A stretch of DNA of 39,144 nucleotides from Octopus bimaculoides (lineage: Eukaryota), in the NCBI RefSeq assembly GCF_001194135.2, contig NC_068981.1, positions 187,508,241 to 187,547,384 on the forward strand. The letters run 5' to 3'. Position numbers and translations under genes: made by a program. Shown here in pieces: positions 23,541 to 34,838 of this stretch. The notes under the pieces are model-generated. The model had not been told where the DNA came from. It made no database searches and saw only the letters and a list, made by a program, of their open reading frames with translations. Numbering within the stretch: position 1 is the first letter of the stretch; each line of letters begins with the position of its first letter.

Positions 23541-24893
23541 ATGCTTTTTGTGTGCTTTTAGCAAAGACCACTATGTTTTAATCATACACCGCAGGTTTCT
23601 GTTCTGAAAACACACACGTTCTACATCGAGAAAGTCAGGAGCGTTGCTGTGTTTCTCTTCTGAAGTAAAAAAAAAAAAAAAGAAAAGAAAAAAAAAAAAA
23701 AGAAGTCGACTCTGCCTGTTATCCTTTCGAGGTTGCAGTAGCGCAGTAGGCATTTACTGTGGAGGTGGTGCTCCAGTATGGCATCAATTGAACGACTTGA
23801 AAACAGAAAAAATGATAAAATAATTAGAATTCAAATATTAAATAATTTATGTATTGGTGATTCAAGTAGCAGTGAAAATAGAAGTAAAAATAACCAGATT
23901 TCATGACCAGGAAAATGAAAGCCACACATATAAATTGTATCGGATTGCACAAATGAATAACGGACCATTAAAAATAAAATTGAGAATAAAGTGAACTAAA
24001 CACGAAGCAGCGAATTAATGTTGGATTCTTAGAATTTGCTTTCTTTCTGCGTTTCTGTTTTGGACGTATCAGTAGTCTATCAGGAACATCAATATGAGTA
24101 TTTTCCACCCTAAGTTCTCATATGTCTGTTTGATATATGCTGATCCACAATATCACACGGCAGAACAGAATAACACAATGGTGTATCTACTATGAACAAC
24201 TAGGTATTAAGCTATCAAATAGGAAAAAAAAAACAAAAAACAAAAAAAAAACAAAAACAATAAAAAAACTTGGATTAATCCCGCCGCAAACGACAAACAA
24301 CGAAATCAATGTAGAAACGAGATATGCGAAGCAAGTCACAAGGAAAAACCAAATAAAAATACATACATGGTGCTGTAAAAAACAGTAAAATATTGTCAAG
24401 CTGTCAGTGTTAGTAATGTGTCTTTTGGTTTATATGGTTATATTATTTACAACATTTTATGGAGAATAAATATTCATTTATTGAATTAGAAAACCTTTGT
24501 CCATATTGCGATATCCCATGTGTATATCTGTATCTGCATATATATGTGCATATATTGCTCATAAATGATGCAACTTGTATGCTTACACATACATAAAAAA
24601 GTAAATACACACAGAGATACAGTGCACACAAATATATTTCCACCATGTTCACATTCATATATGCATGCAAACATATTAAAACAGCCAATAAGTTAAATGT
24701 TAATCCGTCATATATAATTGCGTGGGTTGCAAGGGAAAAATGTTCTGTTGTGGAAATCACATCCGCTTGCACACCAATGTGGTCAGAAAAATACAGGAGG
24801 AGGAAGAAAAGGTCTTTGGATCATTGATGAAATATTGATGAAATCCAATGCCAAAAATACACTTTCAGTTTCATACCTATTATTTTTGAAGCA

Positions 24894-25254
24894 GTGGAGG
24901 CGTAATGGCCCAGTGGTCATAGGATCGCGGTTTCGATTCCCAGACCGGGCGTTGTGAGTGTTTATTGAGCGAAAACACCTAAAGCTCCACGAGGCTCCGG
25001 TAGGGGATGGTGGCGAACCCTGCAGTACTCTTTCACCACATCTTTCTCTCACTCTTACTTCCTGTTTCGGTTGTACCTGTATTTCAAAGGGCCAGCCTTG
25101 TCACACTGTGTCATGCTGAATCTCCCCGAGAACTACGTTAAGGGTACACGTGTCTGTGGAGTGCTCAGCCACTCGCACGTTAATTTCACGAGCAGGCTGT
25201 TCTGTTGATCGGATCAACTGGAACCCTCGACGTCGTAAGCGACGGAGTGCCAAC
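24894..25254 (+). mobile_element. SINE-D (tRNA head, RTE-like 3' tail) with 12-bp TSD and a ~20-nt head deletion
   Basis: atttttgaagca at 24882-24893 and 25255-25266; high identity to 30077-30454. Confidence 0.9.
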
Positions 25255-25419
25255 ATTTTTGAAGCAAGAGGACATTCCAACCCACTTGGAGCAATGTATG
25301 GCTGAACTTGGGTTCTTGCGGAGAGGTTGAAACTCTTTAAATCATACATTTCAAATGATCACGGTATCTGGGGGCAATACCTTCTTAAGATTTAGAAGAT
25401 AATGCAAAAAACAAAATGC

Positions 25420-25915
25420 TTTCCTTCATAAACTTGCTACCAAGCAGGTGACCGGTAAAAGCTCTAAATTAGAAAGGCAGTATGTGTGCGTGTGTATAGA
25501 TCCTGCAAGTATGAGGATTACAGGTCAATGCAGGTGGTATATTCGCAGCCGCTTGTCTCCTTTGCCTTGCACCCCGGAACCTGTTAATGCCGGTTGTAAC
25601 AAAGTTTTTAATACCATTTTGACACAACGGTCTCTATTTTTTTCGTTCCAAGGATGTTCGCTCAAAGGCATTGTAAGCTATCTTCATCTCTAAGAGGCCT
25701 GCCCTTATATCTGAGCTATGATCGACCAACATTCCTGTGTCCACTCTCAAGCTGGTTGTACATAAGGACTCTGAGTATTCTTTCGTCGCTCACCCTAACG
25801 ACATGGCCAACCCAGCGCAATTGTGATTATATAAGGAAGCTCTCAGTTCCACCAATCTTACACTTGCTAAACAAGTCGGAATTAAAAACTTTGTCTTTTA
25901 GTGAATAACCGTATA
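25420..25915 (-). pseudogene. RTE (BovB-like) LINE ORF2 C-terminal relic
   Basis: ...KDKVFNSDLFSKCKIGGTESFLI*SQLRWVGHVVRVSDERILRVLMYNQLESGHRNVGRS*LRYK..., the typical RTE RLRWxGHVxRM...GxRxxGRPxxRxKD motif. Confidence 0.85.
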
Positions 25916-26429
25916 TATATGAAGTCATTGAGACGATGAGTGCGTGGAAGGTATGTGTTTCAATTTAAAGCCGAGCTAACTCCCTATACTGATATGATGT
26001 AATCAGTGAAACAAGGTCTGCGTGCGCGTGTGGAGTAAGTAACCAGTTATTTTTCTTCTTGTATATATAATTGGATGTCTGTTTTATTTGCGTGCACATC
26101 AGAGTTTCGTAGTATTGTACTGGGCAATAGCAGTGAGTTGGGCAATTAGGAGATTAGCGCTTATCCATGATTAATGACTTTAATTTTTGTTGTGTCTACA
26201 TTATGAATTATAAAAAAAGATGTATGTTTATACCTGACGTTCTATACATGCATTTGTGCGTGTATGTGAATGTGTGTGCACGTGTGTGCGTGTGTGTGTG
26301 TGTGTATCTGTGTATATGTGTCTCTGTATATGTGTGTGTGCATGTGCATGTGTGTATGTCTGTGTGTATATGAGTGTGTGCGTGTATATGTGTATGTGTG
26401 TGTGTGTATGAATGTTTTCCTCTTTTATT

Positions 26430-26640
26430 ACTTTCAATCATTGGACTGCGACAATGCTGGGTGGTGGCGTTGAAGTGCTTTGATCGAACAAATTGCCGCC
26501 CACCTCCACCAGTATGTTTTCTATTTGAAAGAATGGCACTTATTCTATCGATCACTTTATTGTCAGAATACCAAGGTACGGGAACATAAATAAACCAGCA
26601 CCGGTTATCAAGTGTTGTAGGGGATACCCACAGACAAAAA
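26430..26640 (-). mobile_element. SINE-B 3' half, decayed
   Basis: tactttcaatcattggactgcgac...ataaataaaccagcaccggttatcaag. Confidence 0.65.
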
Positions 26641-26652
26641 GACACAAACATG

Positions 26653-26725
<73 letters not shown>

Positions 26726-27867
26726 CTGATCACTACAACAGTGCATTGCTTTTGTTACCTGTCCCATAGAACAATATCCGGTCTGTGGAATTTGAACTCA
26801 GAATGTAAAAAAAAAAAAATTAACATTGGTATTGTTTTTACTGTATCAAAAAGCATGATTAAAATACTTAAAGTGGATAGGGAGGTTTAGTATGTTTATG
26901 CCAAAAATTTCCGTTTTTGATATAAGCATATTAAAAATTCCATCCACTTAGAAGGTACCAAAGGCCACTGGAGTTTCAAATTTCAGTGCATTGGTTGATG
27001 CAGCAGTATTTGAAGGAGTATACTACACGTCCCAAACTAGTTTTGCTATAGAAATTAGGATGGTATATTTGGAATCAGAGCCCCAGGTATATTCGAAGAT
27101 GAGTCTAAAAATGAAGGCTGCAGAACTTTTACTATAAGATCTTGTACGGCTGGCATCGATGTTATTAATTTAAATATAGAACATATCTGAGGCATTGCTA
27201 ATGTTCCTGAAAACGACGCCAATATAGGCCTCTATGTGCCTGCTCCAGCTACTTGACATAACAGACACGAAAGCATTAAATAGTCCTCAATACGCAATGG
27301 CAGAGGAAAAGACAAGATAGTCATGTTTGGAAAGCATTTGATCCTGTGTCTTTTCATTAAGTTCAAATCTGGGTTATAAATAAAGAAGTTCGTCATACAA
27401 TTATACTTCTAGCTGAAGTCTAAATGATTCTGTAGTAAATATTGTGTAAATAGTATGAATAGCTACAATATGCTTGTTTTGATTGTTATTTCCTGGCTTC
27501 AAACTTTTAGTATTAATCCTTATCGATTATAATGAGATTGAGCATAGTAAAAATGTTCCTTCTAAAAGGATTATATCTTAATCATTTCTAATCACATTTA
27601 GCTTAGACTTGCAAGTTTTGCATTTGAGTTTTACTATGAATAGCAGATATAACATAATAAGAGCATGTTTTTAATTCTATGACAAAACTCGAGGACAACA
27701 TCAAAAAGCTTATGATAAATCTCATTTGCATTGTATAGGTGTATTGATAAGATGTTCTTTTCGTAACATGGTGGTTTCGCTTTCAATCACTTTGAACCGC
27801 ATTTTATGCAAAAGTTTTTTTCTCCATGGCATCGGGTTGCACAAAGCTTTGTAAGTAAAAGCTGATA

Positions 27868-28026
27868 GATAAGCGCAGTGTGGTAAGAAGCTTGCTTCCC
27901 AACCACATAGTTCTGGTTTCAGTCCCATACAGCCTGGCACCTTGGGCAAGTATCTTCTACAATAGCATCGGGCCGACCAAATCCTTGTGAGTGGATTTGG
28001 TAGACGGAAACTGAAATAAGCCCGTC

Positions 28027-28057
<31 letters not shown>

Positions 28058-28416
28058 TATATNNNNNNNNNNNNNNNNNNNNNNNNNNNNNNNNNNNNNG
28101 CGTCGAACTTACGATCGTGAGGTTGTGAGTTAGAATCCCGGACCGGGTTGCGTATTGTGTTCTTGAGCAAGACGCTTTATTTCACGTTGCTCCAGTTCAC
28201 TCAGCTGTAGAAATGAGTTGCGACGTCACAGGTGCCAAGCTGTATCGGCCCCTTTGCCTTTTCCCTTGGATAACACTGGTGGCGTGGAGAGGGGAGGCCA
28301 GTATGCATGGGCGACTGCTAGTCTCCCCTAAAAAACAACCTTGCCCGGACTTGTGCTAGGGAGGGTAACTTTCTAGGTGCAATCCTATGGTCAGTCATGA
28401 CCAAAGGGGGGTCTCA

Positions 28417-28452
<36 letters not shown>

Positions 28453-28668
28453 CTATGTATGTATGTATCTGTGTGTCTGTGGTTGTTCCCCCACCATTGC
28501 TTGACAACTGATGTTGGTGTGTTTACGCCCCCATAACTTAGCGGTTCGGCAAAAGACGCCGATAGAATAAGTACTAGGCTTACAAAGAATAAGTCCTGGG
28601 GTCAATTTGTTCGACTAAATGTGGTGCTTCAGCATGGCCGCAGTCAAGATGACTGAGACAAGTAAAGG
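27868..28668 (+). mobile_element. SINE-B split at its internal microsatellite (5' half ~27868-28030, 3' half ~28470-28668)
   Basis: Both halves are recognisable around the nested element. Confidence 0.8.
28100..28396 (+). mobile_element. CORE-type SINE nested in the SINE-B microsatellite (5' end lies in an N gap)
   Basis: tRNA-like ggttgtgagttagaatcccgg, then ttgagcaagacgctttatttcacgttgctccagttcactcagctgtagaaatgag, similar to the MIR/CORE domain. Confidence 0.7.
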
Positions 28669-28744
28669 AAGATGAAAGGGGATGGACATAGAGTAGAAGC
28701 GAGTCAGCTGGACGTTTTCTATTTTTCAATGGTTTACTTAATTC

Positions 28745-28965
28745 GATGCCGATTTATCACTCCATCTATCCTATGAGTATCATTATCAGAATCCACTGTT
28801 GCGATAATTCGGACCAGATTTTCTTTCTCAGCATTGTTTCCTCTCAACCACAAAAATCACACACCTTGAAGAATTTCATGGATGCTGCTCTTCCTCCTCC
28901 CAGTGTCACTATCATGATACTCATTTATACGTTTGCTAAGTCTCTCTGGGATCAGAGAGGATTCC
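28745..28965 (-). pseudogene. Probable heavily decayed RTE-type LINE ORF2 C-terminus
   Basis: PERLSKRINEYHDSDTGRR../..GGGRAASMKFF..GV*FLWLRGNNAEKENLVR, reminiscent of ERLxKRIY...GxRGRGRPRMKFLDGV...RGL.xEExxxLARDR. Confidence 0.35.
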
Positions 28966-29566
28966 GTAAGGGATCATATTTCTTAGATTGTTAGATTAAA
29001 AATTGTATCGCCTTTGGCAGTATAATATAATTTATCATTTCTCTCTCTCTCTCTCTCTCTCCATGATTGAAGTTAATTGCTTGATGTTACACAATTATAC
29101 ATTTATTTTTTTTTCATCATGTTATCTTTCATAGTCCTTTCCTCCCTTGGATACATATACAAATATAATCTCTCTTATTTGTTCTCTTTTTCTTTCTATA
29201 GTTTATTTTTCTGTTTTTTTTTTAAGTGACAATCTTTATTCTATTTACTACATATATAGGGGAAAATGCGTTTCCACTAATGCAATATTTTGCTTACAGA
29301 GACTGAAGAAAATTTTACCTGTGCAATAGTTTATTATGTAATCCGTTGAAACGTACGTATTAAATTCATTGGAAACAGCAGTAATAGGTCTTGTGGTTAT
29401 TCTATATTATACAGTTCCTTTCAATGGCAATTTGACTTATCCCTGCTTGGACAGTTATAACGGAATACGGGTATAGGAGTGGAATGAAGATCTGAACACT
29501 GAGTCGAAAATGTTTGGTAAAGTGTGCTGCATGAAGACACAGTACTGAATATGTGTATACATCTAA

Positions 29567-29980
29567 AGGCATGGCTGTACGGTTAAGAAGCTGGCTTTGC
29601 AAACACGTGGTTTTGGGTTCAGTCCCACTGCGTGGCACTTTCAATAGAGGAGTTCTACTGTTGCTCCGGGCCGAAAAATGGTCTATAAGCGAATTTGGTA
29701 GGTGGAAAGTCTGTGGAAGACCTTCTCTTGTACACACACACACACACACGCACAGACATGTGGATGTGCGCGTGAGTTTGTGTATGTGAACGTGTGTGTC
29801 TTTGTCACTTCATTGGTGTTGGTTTGTTTACATTCTTGTAACATAGCGGTTTGACAAAAGAGACTAATAGAATAAGTACTAGACATAAAAAAAAGAACTG
29901 AGGTCGATTTGTTTGACTAAAAACCTTCAAAGCAGTACTCCAGCATGACCGCAGACCAATGACTGAAACAAGTAAAAGAT
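29567..29980 (+). mobile_element. SINE-B, decayed, with internal CA/TG microsatellite
   Basis: ggcatggctgtacggttaagaagc...ggttcagtcccactgcgtggcac ... ctccagcatgaccgcagaccaatgactgaaacaagtaaaag. Confidence 0.75.
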
Positions 29981-30076
29981 ATGTGTATGTGTGCATGTGT
30001 ACACACGCACGCACGTATGTAGTGCTTGCGTATGTATGTATGTATGTATGTGTGTGTGTGTGTACCTGCACAGACA

Positions 30077-30454
30077 GTGGAGGTGCAATGGCCCAGTAGT
30101 TAGGGCAGCGGACTCGTGGTCATAGGATCGCGGTTTCGATTCCCAGACCGGGTGTTGTGAGTGTTTATTGAGCGAAAACACCTAAAGCTCCACGAGGCTC
30201 CGGCAGGGGGTGGTGGCGAACCCTGCTGTACTCTTTCACCACAACTTTCTCTCGCTCTTCCTGTTTCTTTTGTGCCTGTAATTCAAAGGGTCAGCCTTGT
30301 CACACTGTGTCACACTGAATATCCCCGAGAACTACGTTAAGGGTACAAGTGTCTATGGAGTGCTCAGCCACTTGCACGTTAATTTCATGAGCAGACTGTT
30401 CCGTTGATCGGATCAACTGGAACCCTCGACGTCGTAAGCGACGGAGTGCCAACA
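30077..30454 (+). mobile_element. SINE-D, full length (378 bp), 13-bp TSD
   Basis: acctgcacagaca at 30064-30076 and 30455-30467; A-box tggcccagtagtt, B-box ggtttcgattcc; tail ...cgacggagtgccaaca. Confidence 0.92.
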
Positions 30455-31129
30455 ACCTGCACAGACATACACAAAGAACAGAACAGAAAAACTGAGGACA
30501 CTAGAGGTAAGCTTGAGAAAGGTGTTTGTGGTGGGCAGTAGAAATATTGAAATATGAGGCGCATATATTCACACGTACAGGAACAGAGTCCACCACAGCT
30601 AGAAAGATGGATAGACTGATAGTCTGGAGTTGTCTGACACTCTCATTACCCATTAATTTTTAGTCCAGTAATCTTTTCCCTGCTGTCAGTTTTGTGAGAG
30701 CGGAAGATAATAATTAACGCTTTATTTAGAACACAATACAACACAGACTAGTTATCTTAAATAAAGCGACTGGTAATCTAAGAACTTAATTTACTGAACG
30801 AGATTTGTGTATCGTCTCAGCTTGCAGAAAGTGTGATAGGCTACGATGTGTAAATTTTCTAAGAAACTTGACTAATTCTAAAACAAGCAAAAAATAACCA
30901 CGTCCCATAATAAAGTATTTATTTGCTTTGTAAATCTTGCGTTTTAATTAAGACGTATATAAATATTTAACGCCAGTTTAGCTAGCATGTTAAACGAAAT
31001 ATCTCGGTCGGCAGACAGTTCGGAAATTAGCAAGCCAGCCTAATATTAGTAATCTTATTAATTATCTAGTAGCAGTAAATCGTATGGGAGGGAAAAGACT
31101 CCGCTGTTAAATTTTGGTTTATAATGATA

Positions 31130-31302
31130 GGCGCAGGTGTGGCCATGTGTTTTTGTGGTAAGAAGCTTGCTTCCTAACCATATGGTTCCGGATTCAGTCT
31201 TACTGCGTGGCATCTTGGGCAAGTGTTTTCTACTATAGCCTCAGGCTATAGTAGAAAGCTTTGTGAGTGCATTTGGTAGACGGAAACTCAATGAAGCCCG
31301 TC

Positions 31303-31346
<44 letters not shown>

Positions 31347-31350
31347 GTAT

Positions 31351-31384
<34 letters not shown>

Positions 31385-32060
31385 NNNNNNNNNNNNNNNN
31401 NNNNNNNNNNNNNNNNNNNNNNNNNNNNNNNNNNNNNNATATATTCTTTTTTTCTTTTACTTGTTTCAGTCATTTGGCTGCGGCCAAGATGGAACACCGC
31501 CTTTAGTCGAACGAATCGACCCCAAGACTTATTCTTTGTAAGCCTAATAATTATTCTATCGGTTTCTTTCACCGAACCCCTAAGTTACGGGGACATAAAC
31601 ACACCGACATCGGTTGTCAAGCGAAGGTGGAGGGACAAATACAGACACACAAACATATACATATACATATATACGGCGGGCATCTTTCAGTTTGCGTCTA
31701 CCAAATTCACTGACAAGGCTTTAATCATCCCGGGGCTATAGCAGAAGACACTTGCCCAAGGTGGCACGCGGTGGGACTGAACTCGGAAACATGTGGTTTG
31801 GAAGCAAACTTCTTACTACCCAGCCACATATATCTATTTGTGTGTGTGTCTTTGTGTCTGTGTTTCTCCCTCACCGTCGCTTGACAACCAGTGTTGATGT
31901 GTTAACATCCTCGTAAGTAGCGGTTCAGCAAAAAGAGGCAGATATAATAAATAGCAGGCTTAAAAGAATAAATATTGGGGTCGATTCATTGGACTAAAAA
32001 TTCCTCAAGGCGGTGCTCCAGCGTGGTAGCAGTCTAATGACTGAAACAAGTAAATGGTAA
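31130..32060. mobile_element. SINE-B (+; halves ~31130-31305 and ~31845-32060) with an inverted SINE-B (-; ~31445-31830) nested in its microsatellite
   Basis: The plus-strand 5' and 3' halves flank a complete minus-strand copy. Confidence 0.75.
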
Positions 32061-32134
32061 AAGGTAATGATATCTTATTCGGTTTATATGTCCACAGCAT
32101 TTATTGAGGGTAAGTGAAGTTGGTTGCATAATCA

Positions 32135-32581
32135 TTTCTATTATAGGCACAAGGCCTGAAATTTGGGGGAGGGGGATAGTCGATTACATCGACCCAGTAA
32201 TCAACTGGTACTTAATCTATCGACCTCCGAAAGAATATAAGATAAAGTCGACCTCGGCGGAATTTGAACTCAGAACGTAGCGACGGGCGAAATACTGCGG
32301 AGCATTTCGTCCAGCGTGCTAACAATTCTGCCAGCTCACCGCCTTGTTGCTGGTTGAATAATCCTTTCTACTGGAAGCACAAGGCCTCAAATTTGTGGGG
32401 TGGGGACTGGTCGATTATATTGACCCCAGTGTTTCACTGGTACTTAATTTATCGACCCTGAAAGGATAAAAGGCAAAATCGACCTCGACGGAATTTGAAC
32501 TCAGAACGTAGCGACGGGCGAAATACTGCGAAGCGTTTCATCCAGCGTGTTAATAATTCTGTCAGCTTACCGCTTTCTAGT
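32135..32581 (-). mobile_element. Two head-to-tail full-length SINE-A copies; the right copy has a 12-bp TSD
   Basis: tggttgaataat at 32351-32362 and 32582-32593. Confidence 0.9.
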
Positions 32582-32842
32582 TGGTTGAATAATGCTTGAT
32601 AAAATTACATTGACTGCGCAGAGATTAAACATAAGTCGAAACCCATGGGATTTGGACCCAGAACATAAAGTTAATAATGTACGATTTCTGATATAGACAC
32701 AAGACTCCTTATATTGCATGTGTGCGTGTGTGTGATTTATATTGTTTGTAATGTCTTGAGAATTGTGGAACAAACTTTGAAAATATGAGTGTTGCCAGCT
32801 GCTAAATCATTTGACAGATACAATTAATTGTAGTAGTAGCAA

Positions 32843-32875
<33 letters not shown>

Positions 32876-32881
32876 TAATGA

Positions 32882-33434
32882 GTTGTTCACTGGAGATTGT
32901 ATGAAATGTTCGGTCTGGGAAGATCACAGAAATGGTACGAACATGAAGCAGATGGCGTCACCGAGAGCAAGGAATATAAGATCTTGTGGGATTTTACACT
33001 CCAATGTGACTCAGTGATTGATGCTCGGAGACCAGACATTGATGTGGTAGATAAAAAAGGGAAAATGAAACTAAGATCATAGATGTTGCCATACCTGCGG
33101 ATGCACGCGTAGGAGTCAAAGACCTGGAAAAGGTGGAAAAGTACAAATTACTAACAGACGAAATTGCAAGAACGTAGGCAATAAGGGGAGTAACTGTTAT
33201 CCCAGTAGTTGTAGGGGCACTCGGAGCACTAACAACGAAGCCCGAGAAACTGGAATTGACATGCCAAAAAATAAAGGAAAACTGCTCTATGGAGGAGTGT
33301 AAGGATTTTGAAATTAGTGCTTGGATATGGAATATCTTCTTCGATACTTAACATTCAAGTATCAAGACTTATAATTTGTAGAAAGAGACCCTGTGGGACC
33401 TACTGACAACTGGTTGCGGTCCGCTTACAGTATC
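32882..33434 (+). pseudogene. R4/Dong-clade non-LTR retrotransposon 3' end (restriction-like endonuclease domain plus 3' UTR)
   Basis: VVHWRLYEMFGL...KWYEHEADGVTESKEYKILWDFTLQCDSVIDARRPDIDVVDK / ETKIIDVAIPADARV...EKVEKY...VIPVVVGALG (PD..D/ExK motif); followed directly by (TAA)n. Confidence 0.9.

Positions 33435-33503
<69 letters not shown>
33435..33503. repeat. (TAA)n microsatellite
   Basis: Direct reading. Confidence 0.97.
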
Positions 33504-33507
<4 letters not shown>

Positions 33508-33514
33508 TCGTAAT

Positions 33515-34073
33515 AATGATGCCTTGATGTAGTACCAGGTAGTGGTTCTCATGGCTTTTGATCTTAACTGATTGGAACTGTTATCATGGAAATTGTTTGT
33601 CCTGGTATATAAGATGGGCCACAGCAAATATTCTGCTCAATACCACAGATGTGCTTGTCAGTTGTTTGATCTTACCCAGTTGAGCATTTCCCTTACTGGT
33701 TGACGATATGTAAATCTCTGATTACGAGTATAAGTAGAGAGAGGGACCATCATAGGCATATGTTGACAGGAATTCTTTGGGATGAATAATTCATCTTTGG
33801 AACCATGGGTGTTTTATTCATCATCCTTCAAACAAACCTTATTCAGGGACCTTTTAAGCAAGATGGGCTACTCGACTTGAAGAAAATTCTAACTGGGCCC
33901 CACCTGCTAGATCAAGCGCTGTTTGTCTTGATATGAGATCACCATGTCGCGCACATATGGTTGTGATGCATGTGCCTGGTGTACACTTATCAGACGGATA
34001 GTCATGGTGGTTATACTGGCCTTCAAATATTTTATCCCAGTGTCACTTTGATGGCATGCACTGCTCTCTCTCA
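33515..34073. mobile_element. ~560-bp unclassified non-coding element embedded in (TAA)n
   Basis: Unique-complexity block flanked on both sides by TAA arrays; resembles a very common octopus repeat as I recall it; single copy in this window. Confidence 0.55.
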
Positions 34074-34091
34074 ATAATAATAATAATAATG

Positions 34092-34160
<69 letters not shown>
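34074..34160. repeat. (TAA)n microsatellite
   Basis: Direct reading. Confidence 0.97.
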
Positions 34161-34162
<2 letters not shown>

Positions 34163-34718
34163 GGTAAATGTTAATATAACCTGAAGGAACCATGGTGGAA
34201 AAGGAGAATAACACAGTCTACTAACGAAACCAGAAAGCATATTAACATTTTGGAACAGAAAAAGAGAAATGAAGTTCAGCGAGAGAAATATGTTGAGCTA
34301 GAGAGGAGAGGAAGGGCGAATATAAGGACTTGTTGTGATTGGGTAATTAAAACACAGGTTGAAAGCTAAAGCACATAAACTAAAGAGATATGAACAGAGA
34401 ATTGAGCTGTAAAGATTAAGCAGACTTTTCGAACAAAATCAGAAACGAGTCTGTCAGGAACTGGATGGGAAAGAAAAATGTGAAAAAGCCGTACTGGATG
34501 CTGAAGAAAACAAAAGATTTTGGTCAAACATATGGTCTCAGAAGAAACAATACGAAACTGAAGCAGAGTGGGTAAAGACACTCAAAGAGGAGAGTGTAGA
34601 GTACCAGCAGGAAAATTTGAGAATAACCGAGGAAATGATTAGAGATAATGCAGGAAAATTCCTAACTGGAAAGCGCCTGGCCCAGATGGGGTTCCTGGCT
34701 TTTGGTTAGAAAACATGT
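34163..34718 (+). pseudogene. R4/Dong-clade internal fragment (region N-terminal to, and start of, the RT domain)
   Basis: KEPWWKRRI...KHRLKAKAHKLKRYEQRI...LFEQNQKR...RFWSNIWS...EAEWVK.../[18 protein letters not shown]; flanked by TAA repeats. Confidence 0.88.
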
Positions 34719-34803
34719 TAATAATAATACCTATGTGCTACAAAGGTGACTCTTAACCAGGGGTCGTTATCGCTACTTATGTCTCTAGTAGTGACCCTTA
34801 TAT

Positions 34804-34838
<35 letters not shown>

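Noticed and set aside
22990-23571. 193-aa Gly-rich and 105-aa Pro-rich ORFs
   Set aside because: Both derive from a degenerate (CCA)n tract open on both strands.
24718-24830. CVGCKGKMFCCGNHIRLHT (zinc-finger-like) and RRKKRSLD (furin-site-like) peptides
   Set aside because: Wrong C2H2 spacing, upstream in-frame stops, and the two peptides lie in different frames.
26865-27150. TTAA-AGTGGATAGGGAGG start resembling a Kolobok-type left end, plus a 60-codon Met-less frame
   Set aside because: No matching right TIR in the window and no recognisable protein.
28828-28908. 81-bp minus-strand exon-like frame ERLSKRINEYHDSDTGRRKSSIHEILQG with AG/GT ends
   Set aside because: The surrounding sequence continues as a decayed RTE-type C-terminus, which is the simpler explanation; RNA-seq would settle it.
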